64,000 nucleotides of DNA from Octopus sinensis. Lineage: Eukaryota. The stretch spans positions 168,578,001 to 168,642,000 of the forward strand of contig NC_042998.1 of NCBI RefSeq assembly GCF_006345805.1, read 5' to 3'. Below the pieces are notes generated by a model. It ran no database searches. It was not told the origin of the DNA and was given only the letters and a program-made list of their open reading frames with translations. Below are positions 1 through 12,244 of the stretch, piece after piece. Both the position numbers and the translations under genes were made by a program. Positions within the stretch are counted from its first letter, which is position 1, and every line of letters starts with the position of its first letter.

Positions 1-313
1 TCACTTCAAAATAACCCTCAACTCAATAACACCGTTTACAAACTCTATACCTGGAATGACCAATTTTAAATACTATTGGAACTGACAAGGTACAGGAATC
101 TTATATGTATAACATTATGCCTAAATAATGGAAATGCAGATACAATATCCTTGCATATTTCACGTCTCCTCTTCACTCTCTATTTCATCTCTTGTCTAAA
201 CTAACTATTGCTTAACCATCTTCTCACACCGTTTCCGATGAAGGGATATATAAAATATCCGGGAAACAGCTGTAAGATCTTCTATTTATAAATGTTCTGA
301 AATCTTTCTCAGC
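1..313 (+). mobile_element. Probable 3' tail (pLTR) of a Penelope-like element, truncated by the window start
   Basis: Contains a hammerhead-like motif (231-278) and ends at a (TA)/(TG) microsatellite, as the other PLE tails here do. No recognisable coding part. Confidence 0.45.
231..278 (+). ncRNA. Degenerate minimal type I hammerhead ribozyme
   Basis: GUUU-CCGAUGA(235-241; U4 is C)-stem II GGAUAU/AUAUCC (244-249/255-260)-GAAA(263-266)-palindromic stem III ACAGCUGU-GUA site (272-274)-AGAU. Stem I has two G-U wobbles. Confidence 0.55.
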
Positions 314-832
314 CTATATATGTATATATATGTGTGTGTATATATAAATACATATATATATGTGTGTGTGTGCGTGCGTGTACGCTCGCATGTATGTATA
401 CACGTATTTATATATGTACGTAAGTATATATATCCTTTCCAAAACAGAAACCCCTAGAAAAGGAAATCTAAAACATCTGCAACATTACAAAAACATAACA
501 AATACACCATTAACATTAATAGCAACGAAAACAAGTGCAAAATTAATTACTAAGCAAAATACTTTTTAAAAATGCTGCAAACGTTCAAAATAAAAACGCA
601 TTTCGTAAACACGTTGCGAAAATAAGAAAAATAATAATAGCTACAACAAAACTGTGAACATTCTAAAAAAATGATGATTAAAAATAAATATGTAAATGTA
701 TTTTTAGCCCCTTGTGGAATTTCAGCATCAACAAGGTATTTTTGTTTATATATATGTGCAGATTTGTATGTTTTGCTTTATGTATGTATTCTCATGCATA
801 TAGTTGCATATCTAGACATGCCCATATATATT

Positions 833-2340
833 TAAATGATAAACTTCTGGAAAGTTTTACAGATATTTATTGTTCCAGTGATGGGTTGGATCTGTAGTCT
901 TCGAATTAGCTTCCTCTTTTCTGGCTTTGAGAAGCCTAATTTCTCAAAATTTGCATTTAGGAAGTTTGTTACATACCTCAGGGCCTCAATAATTACAGGT
1001 ATTAACCTGAGCTTTTAATATGGATAGAGTAACTGCAGATTTCTCAATTGTTCAGCGTTGGTATTCTCTTTTTCACTGATCTTCAGCTTTATGTAAACGT
1101 CCGCTAGGCAGATAATTTCCACAACTGTACACAGTTTCTCTTCTTTATCCCAAATCATTATATCAGGTCTGTTGTGCATGCATTGTATTGAGGTCTCACT
1201 GGGACATTACACCAGTACTCCTCGTTATTAAGAGTGACTATGGCTTCTACCACACTGTGGGTTTTTATTTCTTTGTCCTCGGGGTTATCCTTCCGATGGA
1301 TTTCATTACAGAGTGTCCTAGCTACAACATCATGTCTAATCGGCAGATAACACCGTGAAGACATTTTTGAACTACTTATGATGTGGGTGATATTTTCAGT
1401 GTTAACTTCACATTCGGCATCAGTTGTCACATTTTACTGCTTTTCCTGCATCTCTATCCCTTTTGTACATCAGGTACTTGGTTGATATTTCCTGTTCCTG
1501 TTCCTGGATTGCAAACGCATACACTTCAAAGTTAAAGGTAGTAATCCGGCTATTGGTCCATGATGGACTGCTTTCAAGATCAATGTTACTGTCATCTCGG
1601 AGCTTTCTACTAACATTTCCATGCATAGTCTTCAGCTCATATACGCTCATCCTTTCATCCCATGGTAAGTTGCGTTAGAGTCATGCGACTTCTTAGGGCA
1701 TGTATTCTTGGTTATCAGAGAAATAATGATGCTCAAGGAACTACCTTCCAATTCTTATGATGTTATCAACCTCATGTATGCAAACTTGGTCAAGGGATGC
1801 ACTTCGGCACTTGGTGGTTAAAAGATGTTGCCGAAGGGATATAATGCGACATTCAAAGGAATTTTGGATCGATGCTAAGCCTCTACCACCTTGTTTCCGT
1901 GTTAGGTAGTAGCAATCTATGTCACTGTTTATGTGGAAATTATATGTGCTTGCTAATATTTTTCGGGTTTTCACATCAATGGCTCGGATCTCATCAAGCA
2001 CCCAATCAAGCAGCCCAAATGTTGGTATGAGTACTGGCACCGCAAACACATTTTTATTGAATACAGAAAGTTCTGAGGTCCAATTTTTCTTTATTCGATT
2101 GTAATATTCTTTAGTGACACGTGTTTTGTTACAGGTGCCATTGTAAGATATATTTTCATCCACCCTTAGAAACCTGTAATATTCCTTGTCAGATATAGGG
2201 GAAACAGGAAAATCATTGATGGAGATGGTACTAGTCTGGTTTATAGTTTTCCCCTTTTCACAACCATATAACATTGTATGTATGTAATCCTTGAAGGGTT
2301 TAGCCGAACAAATCGGTACCAGTACATATTTTGACACCCG
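833..2340 (-). mobile_element. R4/Dong-like (RLE-clade) non-LTR retrotransposon, 3' part, disrupted by frameshifts and stops
   Basis: ORF 1741-2463 gives YRFLRVDENISY...DIDCYYLTRKQGGRGLASIQNSFECR (RT C-terminus and the LYLPRxxGGRGL motif). Downstream pieces give ITHIISS..RHDVVAR (zinc knuckle/RHD) and TDLI.IWDKEEK..VVEII (PD-(D/E)xK-type endonuclease), ending QKFII* at about 833. Confidence 0.8.
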
Positions 2341-2402
2341 TGAGGAGGTACATATATACACAATCATACAGACAGATACACGTAAATACATAGATACATA
2401 GA

Positions 2403-2433
<31 letters not shown>

Positions 2434-2627
2434 GTATATACTAAGCAATAAAGGGTTTAGCAACGAATTGCCTTACCACATACCGAATTTAGAAATAGCA
2501 GTCAAAGAGTTATAGCTATTTCTTCTACTAAAAAGGGAGATCTCAGTAAAAACAGCAATTGGAAGGCAGACACAAACAGGTAAGAGAGAATGAATTGACG
2601 GCAATCTATCATACAATTTTAAGTTAT

Positions 2628-2725
2628 CTACGGACGCACGTTTCGAAATCAAGTTTTTAGGAAAGCATAAGAATTAAATATTAAATAATTCTACCTTACC
2701 CAAACTTCTTTTCTCTTCAGCGTAG
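2628..2725 (-). ncRNA. Type I hammerhead ribozyme, copy 1
   Basis: Minus strand: CUACG-CUGAAGA-GAAA..long stem II..UUUC-GAAAC-GUGC-GUC^CGUAG. Stem I CUACG/CGUAG is a perfect 5 bp. The core is canonical and the site is GUC. ACGUGCGU is self-complementary (dimer-type stem III). Confidence 0.85.
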
Positions 2726-3220
2726 AATACTATAATCATAAATGATTATATATTGAATTTTGAGATACTAGAAGGCACCAACTCAACTCAGTATCAGAGC
2801 GAGCTAGAATCCGCAACTAGTATCACCAAATTCAAAGTGTGAATGAAAAGATTGTGTCACCAGCCCCTTCCCACCCGCGTGTAGCCAAAACAAGATGCTG
2901 TGGTCATCTACTGAGATAAAATATGGTTATCCGTAATAAGGAAGGGTGAAATTAATTAATTTGGAATAATTATCAATTACACCAAGTAGTCTTCGGCATG
3001 TAAAAGCCTCATTCGAGGAAAATTTAAGTAATACTAAGCAATAAAGGGTTTAGCAACGAATTGCCTTACCACATACCGAATTTAGAAATAGCAGTCAAAG
3101 AGTTATAGCTATTTCTTCTACTAAAAAGGGAGATCTCAGTAAAAACAGCAATTGGAAGGCAGACACAAACAGGTAAGAGAGAATGAATTGACGGCAATCT
3201 ATCATACAATTTTAAGTTAT

Positions 3221-3318
3221 CTACGGACGCACGTTTCGAAATCAAGTTTTTAGGAAAGCATAAGAATTAAATATTAAATAATTCTACCTTACCCAAACTT
3301 CTTTTCTCTTCAGCGTAG
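3221..3318 (-). ncRNA. Type I hammerhead ribozyme, copy 2
   Basis: Identical to copy 1, offset by 593 bp. Confidence 0.85.
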
Positions 3319-3809
3319 AATACTATAATCATAAATGATTATATATTGAATTTTGAGATACTAGAAGGCACCAACTCAACTCAGTATCAGAGCGAGCTAG
3401 AATCCGCAACTAGTATCACCAAATTCAAAGTGTGAATGAAAAGATTGTGTCACCAGCCCCTTCCCACCCGCGTGTAGCCAAAACAAGATGCTGTGGTCAT
3501 CTACTGAGATAAAATATGGTTATCCGTAATAATGAAGGGTGAAATTAATTAATTTGGAATAATTATCCATTACACCAAGTAGTCTTCGGCATGTAAAAGC
3601 CTCATTCGAGGAAAATTTAAGTAATACTAAGCAATAAAGGGTTTAGCAACGAATTGCCTTACCACATACCGAATTTAGAAATAGCAGTCAAAGAGTTATA
3701 GCTATTTCTTCTACTAAAAAGGGAGATCTCAGTAAAAACAGCAATTGGAAGGCAGACACAAACAGGTAAGAGAGAATGAATTGACGGCAATATATCATAC
3801 AATTTTAAG

Positions 3810-4139
<330 letters not shown>

Positions 4140-4140
<1 letters not shown>

Positions 4141-4232
4141 CTATAGCAGAAGAACCTTGCCCGAGGTGCCACGCTGAGGGACTGAATCTGGAGCCTAGTG
4201 CTTGCGAAACAGACTTGTTACCACACATCCCC
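4140..4232 (-). mobile_element. SINE family A head fragment (tRNA-derived, degenerate)
   Basis: Reverse complement resembles the GTGTGGTAA...TTCAGTCCC...GGCACCTCGGGCAAG head of the full copies at 19138 and 54727. Confidence 0.6.
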
Positions 4233-4686
4233 ATATATACACATATGTATACGCCTATATATGCACACGCTCACAAACACACAAACGAACACACACACAC
4301 AAACACACACACACACACCCACGCACACATACATACACACAAATATATATATATTTATATATATATATATATATATATAATCCTCAGCAACTGAAAGTTT
4401 TAATGCCAAATGGTAATCTTTATATCCAACTTGACGAGGATGTTTTGTTTGAACGCCGAATACTGCAGAATTTACCTTGCGAGGACCTCTTATATGGACG
4501 CTTGGTGCATAAAAGAGTAGAAACGTCGACTACGGGCACTAGAACAGCTAGGTAACAATTTCGACGTTCGCCGTCTTTTCAGTGGCAAACTTGCAGTAGT
4601 TGCACTCAGCCAAATCTTACTGCAAGCAATATATGGAATTTCAGTTACCATGTTGACACTGATGCCGCAAATATATATGTATACAA

Positions 4687-5100
4687 GGCGGTGAGCTGGC
4701 AGAACCGTTAGCACGCCGGGCGAAATGCTTAGCGGTATTTCGTCTGCCGCTACGTTCTGAGTTCAACTTCCGCCGAGGTCGACTTTGCCTTTCATCCTTT
4801 CGGGGTCGATAAATTAAGTACCAGTTACTCTCTGGGGTCGATTTCATTGACTTAATCCGTTTGTCTTTCCTTGTTTGTCCCCTCTGTGTTTAACCCCTTG
4901 TGGGTAGTAAAGAAATAGATATTTCGTCTACCGTTACGTTGTGAGTTCAAATTCCGCCGAGGTCGACTTTGCCTTTCATCCTTTCGGGGTCGATAAATTA
5001 AGTACCACTTACGCACTGGGGTCGATGTAATCGACTTACTCCCTTTGTCTTTCCTTGTTTGTCCCCTCTAGGTTTAGCTCCCTGTTGGCAATAAAGAAAA
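4687..5100 (+). mobile_element. SINE family B (tRNA-like head, central GCCTTTCATCCTTTCGGGGTCGATAAA domain resembling Nin/Deu), body duplicated
   Basis: GCGGTGAGCTGGCAGAA head; B-box-like GAGTTCAAATTCC occurs twice. Confidence 0.85.
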
Positions 5101-5496
5101 AAATATATATATGTACACAACCATACATACACTCATGCATACACGTGCATAATTTCAATTAAATAATGTATTTTAGATTCAGTTAGTCCACATTATATAT
5201 TAAACCTCACCACTCTAATCCTTGTTTATAGCATACTTTGATAAATTACTGCTGTATAAATACATTTTTGATGAACTGTAATGCATTATACACAAATTGA
5301 TACACACCAACTCGGGCGCGCGTGCGTTTATAACAAATAGGTGTGTGTGTGTGCACAAATACAAATATATCAATATTCTGTTGTATATAAATATATGTTT
5401 CTATGGATGAATATATGTATATGTATGTATATATATGTATGCTGCATGTATGTGTGCGTGTTTTGTAAGGGTATTATATATTTATAACATACATAC

Positions 5497-5535
<39 letters not shown>

Positions 5536-7508
5536 TGTATGTGCTTTTCTTTGTGTCTTTTTTATGTTGCGATTGTCTGCTTTCGTGTTTGTGTATTGTG
5601 AGTGTATGTGTGTACATCCGTGAGTGTATATGTGTGCGTGTGCATGTCTGCGTGTGAGCGAGTGCTTTTGCATCTGGGAAATCTGGGAATTGTATGGTTT
5701 ACTATCCATTCGCACCGCTGCTTTTGGGATTTCTGCAATGAAGATAAAGGGAAAACATACATATTCTTCGAAAATGTTATTTGCGTTAGATTATATAATT
5801 ATATACTCTCACTGAATCATGTAACAGAAGCAGAAAATAATTAATTGAAAAGGCTGTTGCATTTTCAAAAATCTACATGCTCTGTAAACTCATCTAGTTA
5901 TGTACATATAGACTTGTATACGTACACAATTTTTCTGTTATTTTCCTTCCTTTCTTCTTTCCTTATTCCTTTCATTCTTTCTATTTATCTATCTACTTGC
6001 CTATCTATCTTCTATGTCACTTTTTCTATATATATGCATGCATAAATAGTCATATACTCTGGAACTGAAATAGCATGTCTAATGGGATGAAAGGGGAATG
6101 TGTGAAATGAAAATAATTTCGGACAACCAGTCGGAAATGTTTGCTTTGATCCTTGCAGTATAAACGTCTTGACAGCTAGTCTTGCGTCGTTATAGAATTT
6201 TGATGTTTTCGAATTTTGGCGCAACATAATTGGTGTCCCTTCTGAAGATGCAGATTGTGTCGGAGGAAGAGAGCTAAAGTGAAGAGTGCAGAAAAATATT
6301 TTAGATTAGTTGGCAGCATCGTTGAACCAACTTATACCATCTACATTGAGCTGGTACCTATGGTCTTGTTAATATTATCTCTCAGATATTTAATGGAAAT
6401 TATAGCCAGCACTGATTTTGTTACGACGTTTTATATCCGTGACATTGAATGTAAATAAACAATGAGATCGAAAATGAAAAGAAGGGTAACGGGTTTATAT
6501 ACCATATTTTGAGAGTTTTTGCCGCTTCATCAGCACTCATCTAACCCCCTAATTATCCACGAAAATATTGCTTAAATAACCACTAAATATAGCAGTGTTA
6601 CGTTACTGGTTATACCAATTTTACATATTAAACATATTCTTGGAAGCTGGTACGCATTGAATGGTAGTAGCGTTTATATTCTGTTTTATATAATTTTCTT
6701 GGATCTAGAATTGCCCGTCTATGTAACCACTCAAGGTTTCTATAATTCTGGTTAGAGGCTTAGATAAAATTCATTAACCTATTTTGAGAAATGTTGATGA
6801 TTGATCCATAATTTGTTGTATTTTAGCAGTGTGACCCCTAAACATTGTGCAACTCTCATGTTGGAAGAAAGATTAAATTTTATCTCTCAGCTCCAAATAT
6901 ACTTTCCTTGATGCAAATCTCAAAAGACTGGCAAATGTCGACTGAAATCCCTAAAAGCAAGATTGTACTTTTAGTCATCGTATTTGTATTACATAGGAGA
7001 TTTTTTAAGGAGTGACAGAATAAATTTATAGAAATTCCAGATAAGGCTACTGCAATAGTATTCGACTTCCCAGAAAGAACTTTCTTGTCAAAATTAGTTC
7101 AACGAAAAAGTTGTATCAGTCACAGCAAAACATCAAGAAAAACTATTTCCCCGGAGTCAGATGTCATCGGTTGTTTGATCCTTATATAAGATGCGCTTTG
7201 TTTTTATCTGGAACTAAAATTAATATTTCGTGGGGGTCATACAGTTTCAGCTGTTGAATGTCATACATAGTTGCCTGAAGAATCTCATCATTGTCATGCA
7301 ACTGCACTTTGTAAAGGAGCTGATAGTTCGTACATTTCAAGACCCTTGGTAGTCACGAATTGTATAGCATTTGCAACGAGGATCAGTGCTTCTATAAAGC
7401 AGATCATCTCTAGGTATTGTTATATTTTTTAACTTTATTTTTGTGTTTAATACGTTTTCCTTCTTGTCAAGTTGCCTTGGGGATTAGGCCAAAGTTGCCG
7501 AGTGTATG

Positions 7509-7509
<1 letters not shown>

Positions 7510-7582
<73 letters not shown>

Positions 7583-7621
7583 ATAATAATTATAATAATA
7601 ATAATAAGAAGAAGAATAAGA

Positions 7622-7694
<73 letters not shown>

Positions 7695-7784
7695 GTTGTT
7701 GTTGTTATTATTATTATTATTATTATAATTAACTGGAACTAAAATTAATATTTATTATTATTACTACTACTACTACTACTACTG

Positions 7785-7829
<45 letters not shown>

Positions 7830-7850
7830 TTATTATTATATACATTTATA
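7510..7850. repeat. Compound microsatellite (TA)n/(TAA)n/(TTG)n/(CTA)n
   Basis: Seen directly in the sequence. Confidence 0.95.
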
Positions 7851-8079
7851 ATTATTAATCTTATTATCATTATATATACAATTATATTTAAGAGAGAAAA
7901 AACATTTTCCCAATGTATAGACTGTACTTTGAAATGCTCAAGAGATTCGAACTTGAGGCGTAAGATAAATATAGAAATGAGAAACACATTAGGAAAATCG
8001 ATTTACATGCATTTAATCATATGCATAAATTTTTTAAGATATATTTAATACATCAAACACAAGGTCCGAAATATTGAAG

Positions 8080-8258
8080 GAGGTGGCCAGTCGATTAGAT
8101 CGACCACCCAGTATGCAACTGATACTTAATTTATCGACTCTGAAAGGATGAAAGTCAAAGTTAACCTCGGCGGAATTTGAACTCAAAACTTAAAAACAGG
8201 CAAAATACCGTAAAGTATTTCGCCCGACGTGCCAACGTTTCTGTCAGTTTGCTGCCTT
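8080..8258 (-). mobile_element. SINE family B, degenerate
   Basis: TTTATCGACTCTGAAAGGATGAAAG...CCTCGGCGGAATTTGAACTC is the reverse complement of the family B core. Confidence 0.75.
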
Positions 8259-8438
8259 ACATTAAAATTCGATCGAAAAATATATACATATATAGTCAGA
8301 CTTACTGAATAAAACGATACCATAGAATTAGATAGAACGTTAAGGGTCCAGAGAAAAGGTACAATATATAAGGTTTGAGTATTTATTTGTTTGGACAACT
8401 GGGCCCCGAAACAGCCGTCGAACTTTTAATTCTCAAAC

Positions 8439-8499
<61 letters not shown>

Positions 8500-9025
8500 T
8501 ATATACATACATGCATAAATACATATAACATTGTTGCGTGGACCAGCGGACCACGTGAACAGCGTAACGATAACAGTACCTGAAGATTTGCTAAGCCGGT
8601 TTTGTGTATGTTACAACTTATGTGACAAGTATTGCATTGCTATGAAACGTTCGCAGTCTTGCTTTACCTGTTCCGTTTCTTACTATTTAAAAAAAAATTA
8701 TTTGCATTACTACGCATTTTGTTCATCATGTTCAAGTACGTGTGCATTCCTCATTACTTTTTTTATTTTATTCAACTTTAGAAAAATTGAAGCTCGTGTT
8801 TGAAAATTCCGGTGGGCACTGAACTTGTTTTGTGTGTGACTTTTGGCCCACGCTCTATTTAACTATTAGGAAGTCTAGCTGAAACATAATTACAAGAATG
8901 TAGGAGCCCACACATTCCTCCATGCATACATCCGTCCATGCATACATCCGTCCATACATACATACATACATACATACATACATACATACATACATACATA
9001 CATACATACATACATGCGTACATAG

Positions 9026-9393
9026 GCACAGGCGTGGTTGTGTGGTAAGGAAGCTTACTTCCCAACCACATGGTTTCGGGTTCAGTCCCACTGCGTAGCA
9101 CCCTGTGAGAGTGCTTCCTACTATAGCGTCGAGCCAACCAAAGCCTTGTGAGTGGATTTGGTAGACGGAAAATGATAGAAGCTCGTCGTGTGTGTGTGTC
9201 TGAGTTTATCACCACTACCATCACTTGACAACCGATGTTAGCGTGTTTACATCCTCGTAACTTAGCGGTCCGGTAAGAGAGACCGATAGAATAAGTACTA
9301 GGGTTACAAAGAATAAGTCCTGAGGTTGATTTCTTCGACTAAAGGTGGTGCTCCAGCATGGCCGCGGTCAGATGACAAACAAATAAAAGAATA
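9026..9393 (+). mobile_element. SINE family A (tRNA-derived, CORE-like)
   Basis: GGCGTGGTTGTGTGGTAAG A-box, GGTTCAGTCCC B-box, AAAGCCTTGTGAGTGGATTTGG body, GGTGCTCCAGCATGGCCGC tail. Confidence 0.85.
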
Positions 9394-9869
9394 CATATTT
9401 TGTTTTTTCCTTGTGATTTCTTATGGTTTTGTGAGTCATGTATAACATTACTCGCCTTCGATCACTAAATTCATTTGAAATATACAGATATTGCACTTTA
9501 CTATTAACACAGTAGTCTGATTTCCTTATTTCACTTTGAATTAAACTATAATGAGCAAGACTACTCTATTTTGATCAAATTTATGTACTGAAATATTTAC
9601 AATGATAACTTGCCATTTACACGAACTTCATACAGTGCAATGTTTCTGTGTTTATTTCTTATTTTTCCTCATTTATATCTAGTTTATAAAATTCTATGGT
9701 AATCACCGAAAGACATATAGCATTAGATTTCTTTAACTAGGAAAATTAGGGTTTTCCACGTTCATGTATTTTTGATTTAATAAATGTAATTACATTGCCG
9801 AGAAGGATATTATTTACCCCAGATGGATTCGATTTTAATCTAAAGAAAGGAAACTAAATATTGGTTTCA

Positions 9870-10290
9870 CATTTTGACAGAAAGGTAACAATTTGGGGAA
9901 GAGCATAAGTCGAACCCAGTGATTCTGATACTTATTTTATCGACCCCGAAAGGATGAAAGACAAAGTCGACCTCGGCAAAATTTGAACTCTGAAGGTACA
10001 AGCGGATGAAATGATGCTAAGTATTTTTCCCGGCTGGGCAAAGATTCTCCTAGTTATTTGCCTTAATGAAGCTAAATATTGATCTTAAATCTTGGCCTAA
10101 GTCCAACAATTTCGGGGAGTGGGGTTAATTCGATTACAATGACCTCAGTATTCAACTGCTACTTACTTTATCGACCTCGAAAGACAAAGTCGACCTCAGC
10201 ACAGTTTGGAATCAGAACGTAAAGACGGACGGAATGCTGCTAAGCATTTTGACCAGTGCGGCAAAGATTCTGCCAGCTTGCCGATTAATG
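9870..10290 (-). mobile_element. Two tandem degenerate SINE family B copies
   Basis: TTTATCGACC(C/T)CGAAAG..AAAGTCGACCTC occurs twice. Confidence 0.7.
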
Positions 10291-10964
10291 AAATTAAATA
10301 CTGTATGACATTTAGTCCGACTCTTTATTGCTTATGTCAGCTTTCATGCCAGTATTATATGTTGTTATATTAAGATTATATTATATGTTATCATATTAAG
10401 ATATATCATATGTTATTATATTAAGATATATTATATGTTATTATGTTAACATGTTTACACGTCTAAAGAAGCTCTTTTCACTGATCAGCAAAGTTTCTTG
10501 CCAACGTATTACAACCACGCGATGTTACAACATACTCGATGTTCACTATTACTGTATATTACTGTTCATCCTACACCTCTTCCCTCTTGCCATCGGCATC
10601 ATTCACACGCACATGCCTAAATACTTTACCTTCCATCCAACTGCTTTCGTTTGATCATATCTTTCCAACCACATTTATGAAACCCATCGGTCTACAAGTG
10701 TTCAAACAGAATATCAACACAATCAATCAAACCAGCCAAGAAGAAAGGACCGGGAAATAATGTGGCATCCCATTTTCGTCTCCGACTAGGCCATAAAAAA
10801 ATGAAAACTATACGAATATGTCATATTTTGCAGAAAAAGCTCTACACTTCTGTCCAACAGACATAATTATTCTACATACGAAAAATTCTTTATATGGGGG
10901 AGAACAAGTAGAAAATGGTGAATCTCATGATTATTTTCACGAGCTTTAGTTATAAATCTATTAT

Positions 10965-11180
10965 CTTTTATCTTGTACCTGTTTCAGTCAATAGACTGCG
11001 GCCATACTGGGGCACCACCTTGAAGAATTTTCGTCGAACGAAGCGACCCCAGCACTAATTTTTTAAAGCGTGGTAATTATTCTATCGGTATTTTCTACCG
11101 AACCGTTAACGCACCAACACCGGTTGTCAAGTGGTGGTGGTGGGGGACAAACACAGACACAAAAACAACACACATACATC
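10965..11180 (-). mobile_element. SINE family A, 3' half
   Basis: GACTGCGGCCATACTGGGGCACCACCTT...CACCGGTTGTCAAG...GGGACAAACACAGACAC. Confidence 0.7.
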
Positions 11181-11212
11181 AATATATATATATGTATATA
11201 TATGAATATATA

Positions 11213-11604
11213 TCTATATATATAAAAGTGAGGTTGTGTGGTGTCTGTCTCCTACGATTTAGATTCATAACTACTCCCACATTTTGCGGTGCAGTTTAAC
11301 CAAAAGCGGGTATCTTATAGTTGTGATTCATATCGAGCCCTTCTGGGTATTAGCGCGCGTCTACGATGAGTCTACGATTAAAAAAAATTATCATCATTTT
11401 TTCCCATTTTTAATGCATTTTTGGGATATATAAGGGAAGTAACTCTCTAAAAATGTATTATTAAATCTCAGAACGTAAAAAGCTACAGTAACACCCCCCT
11501 TTGTGGTTAGCCATATTGAGATGGCTATTATACTTTACATCTCTAAAAATGCTTATAGTTATTTCCCTTACAAAACCGAGAGCAACGCCGGGCGATACTG
11601 CTAG
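11213..11604 (+). mobile_element. Non-autonomous Helitron-like element
   Basis: Starts A|TCTATATATATAAAAG and ends with GC-rich GCAACGCCGGGCGATACTG followed by CTAG|T. The A/T insertion site and lack of a TSD match Helitron termini. Confidence 0.7.
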
Positions 11605-11617
11605 TATATATATATAA

Positions 11618-11687
<70 letters not shown>

Positions 11688-11703
11688 TATATGTATGTAT
11701 ATA

Positions 11704-11753
<50 letters not shown>

Positions 11754-11820
11754 ATATATATACATATATATATAATAATATATATATAATATATATATAT
11801 ATTACATATATATATATAAT

Positions 11821-11862
<42 letters not shown>

Positions 11863-12061
11863 TATATTATAATATATATAATATATAATAATATATATAT
11901 ATATTAATATATATATATAATATATATATATATATTATAATATATATATATTATATACATATATATAATATATATATATAATATATATATATATATATAA
12001 TATATATATATATATATTACATATATATATATATATACATATATATTATATATATATATAA

Positions 12062-12101
<40 letters not shown>
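11605..12101. repeat. Long imperfect (TA)n tract
   Basis: Seen directly in the sequence. Confidence 0.95.
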
Positions 12102-12109
<8 letters not shown>

Positions 12110-12164
12110 AGTGAATTGAAGAAATGGAGTTGAACGAAGATTGAACAGAAATCGTTTTATTGCA

Positions 12165-12244
12165 TTCTACACGTGTTTCGAAAGCCACAATTTACCAAAT
12201 TCCGATTGAATAAGGAGACCATATTGTGTCTTTCTCTTCAGGAA
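12165..12244 (-). ncRNA. Hammerhead ribozyme in the left PLE arm
   Basis: Exact mirror of 16458-16537. Confidence 0.75.

Larger units (their letters stand above)
2439..3809 (-). repeat. 593-bp head-to-tail tandem array (2.3 units) carrying hammerhead ribozymes; candidate retrozyme
   Basis: Unit start TACTAAGCAATAAAGGG at 2439, 3032 and 3625 (period 593). I found only about 3 substitutions among the copies. No ORF in the unit. An HHR is present in both complete units. Confidence 0.9.

Noticed and set aside
2439-3809. CRISPR array or protein-coding tandem
   Set aside because: The units are identical throughout (no spacers), 593 is not a multiple of 3, and there is no ORF.
6700-7415. Possible exons (e.g. 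minus frame LKCTNYQLLYKVQLHDNDEILQ)
   Set aside because: Frames are short and broken, splice context is unconvincing, and I recognise no family.
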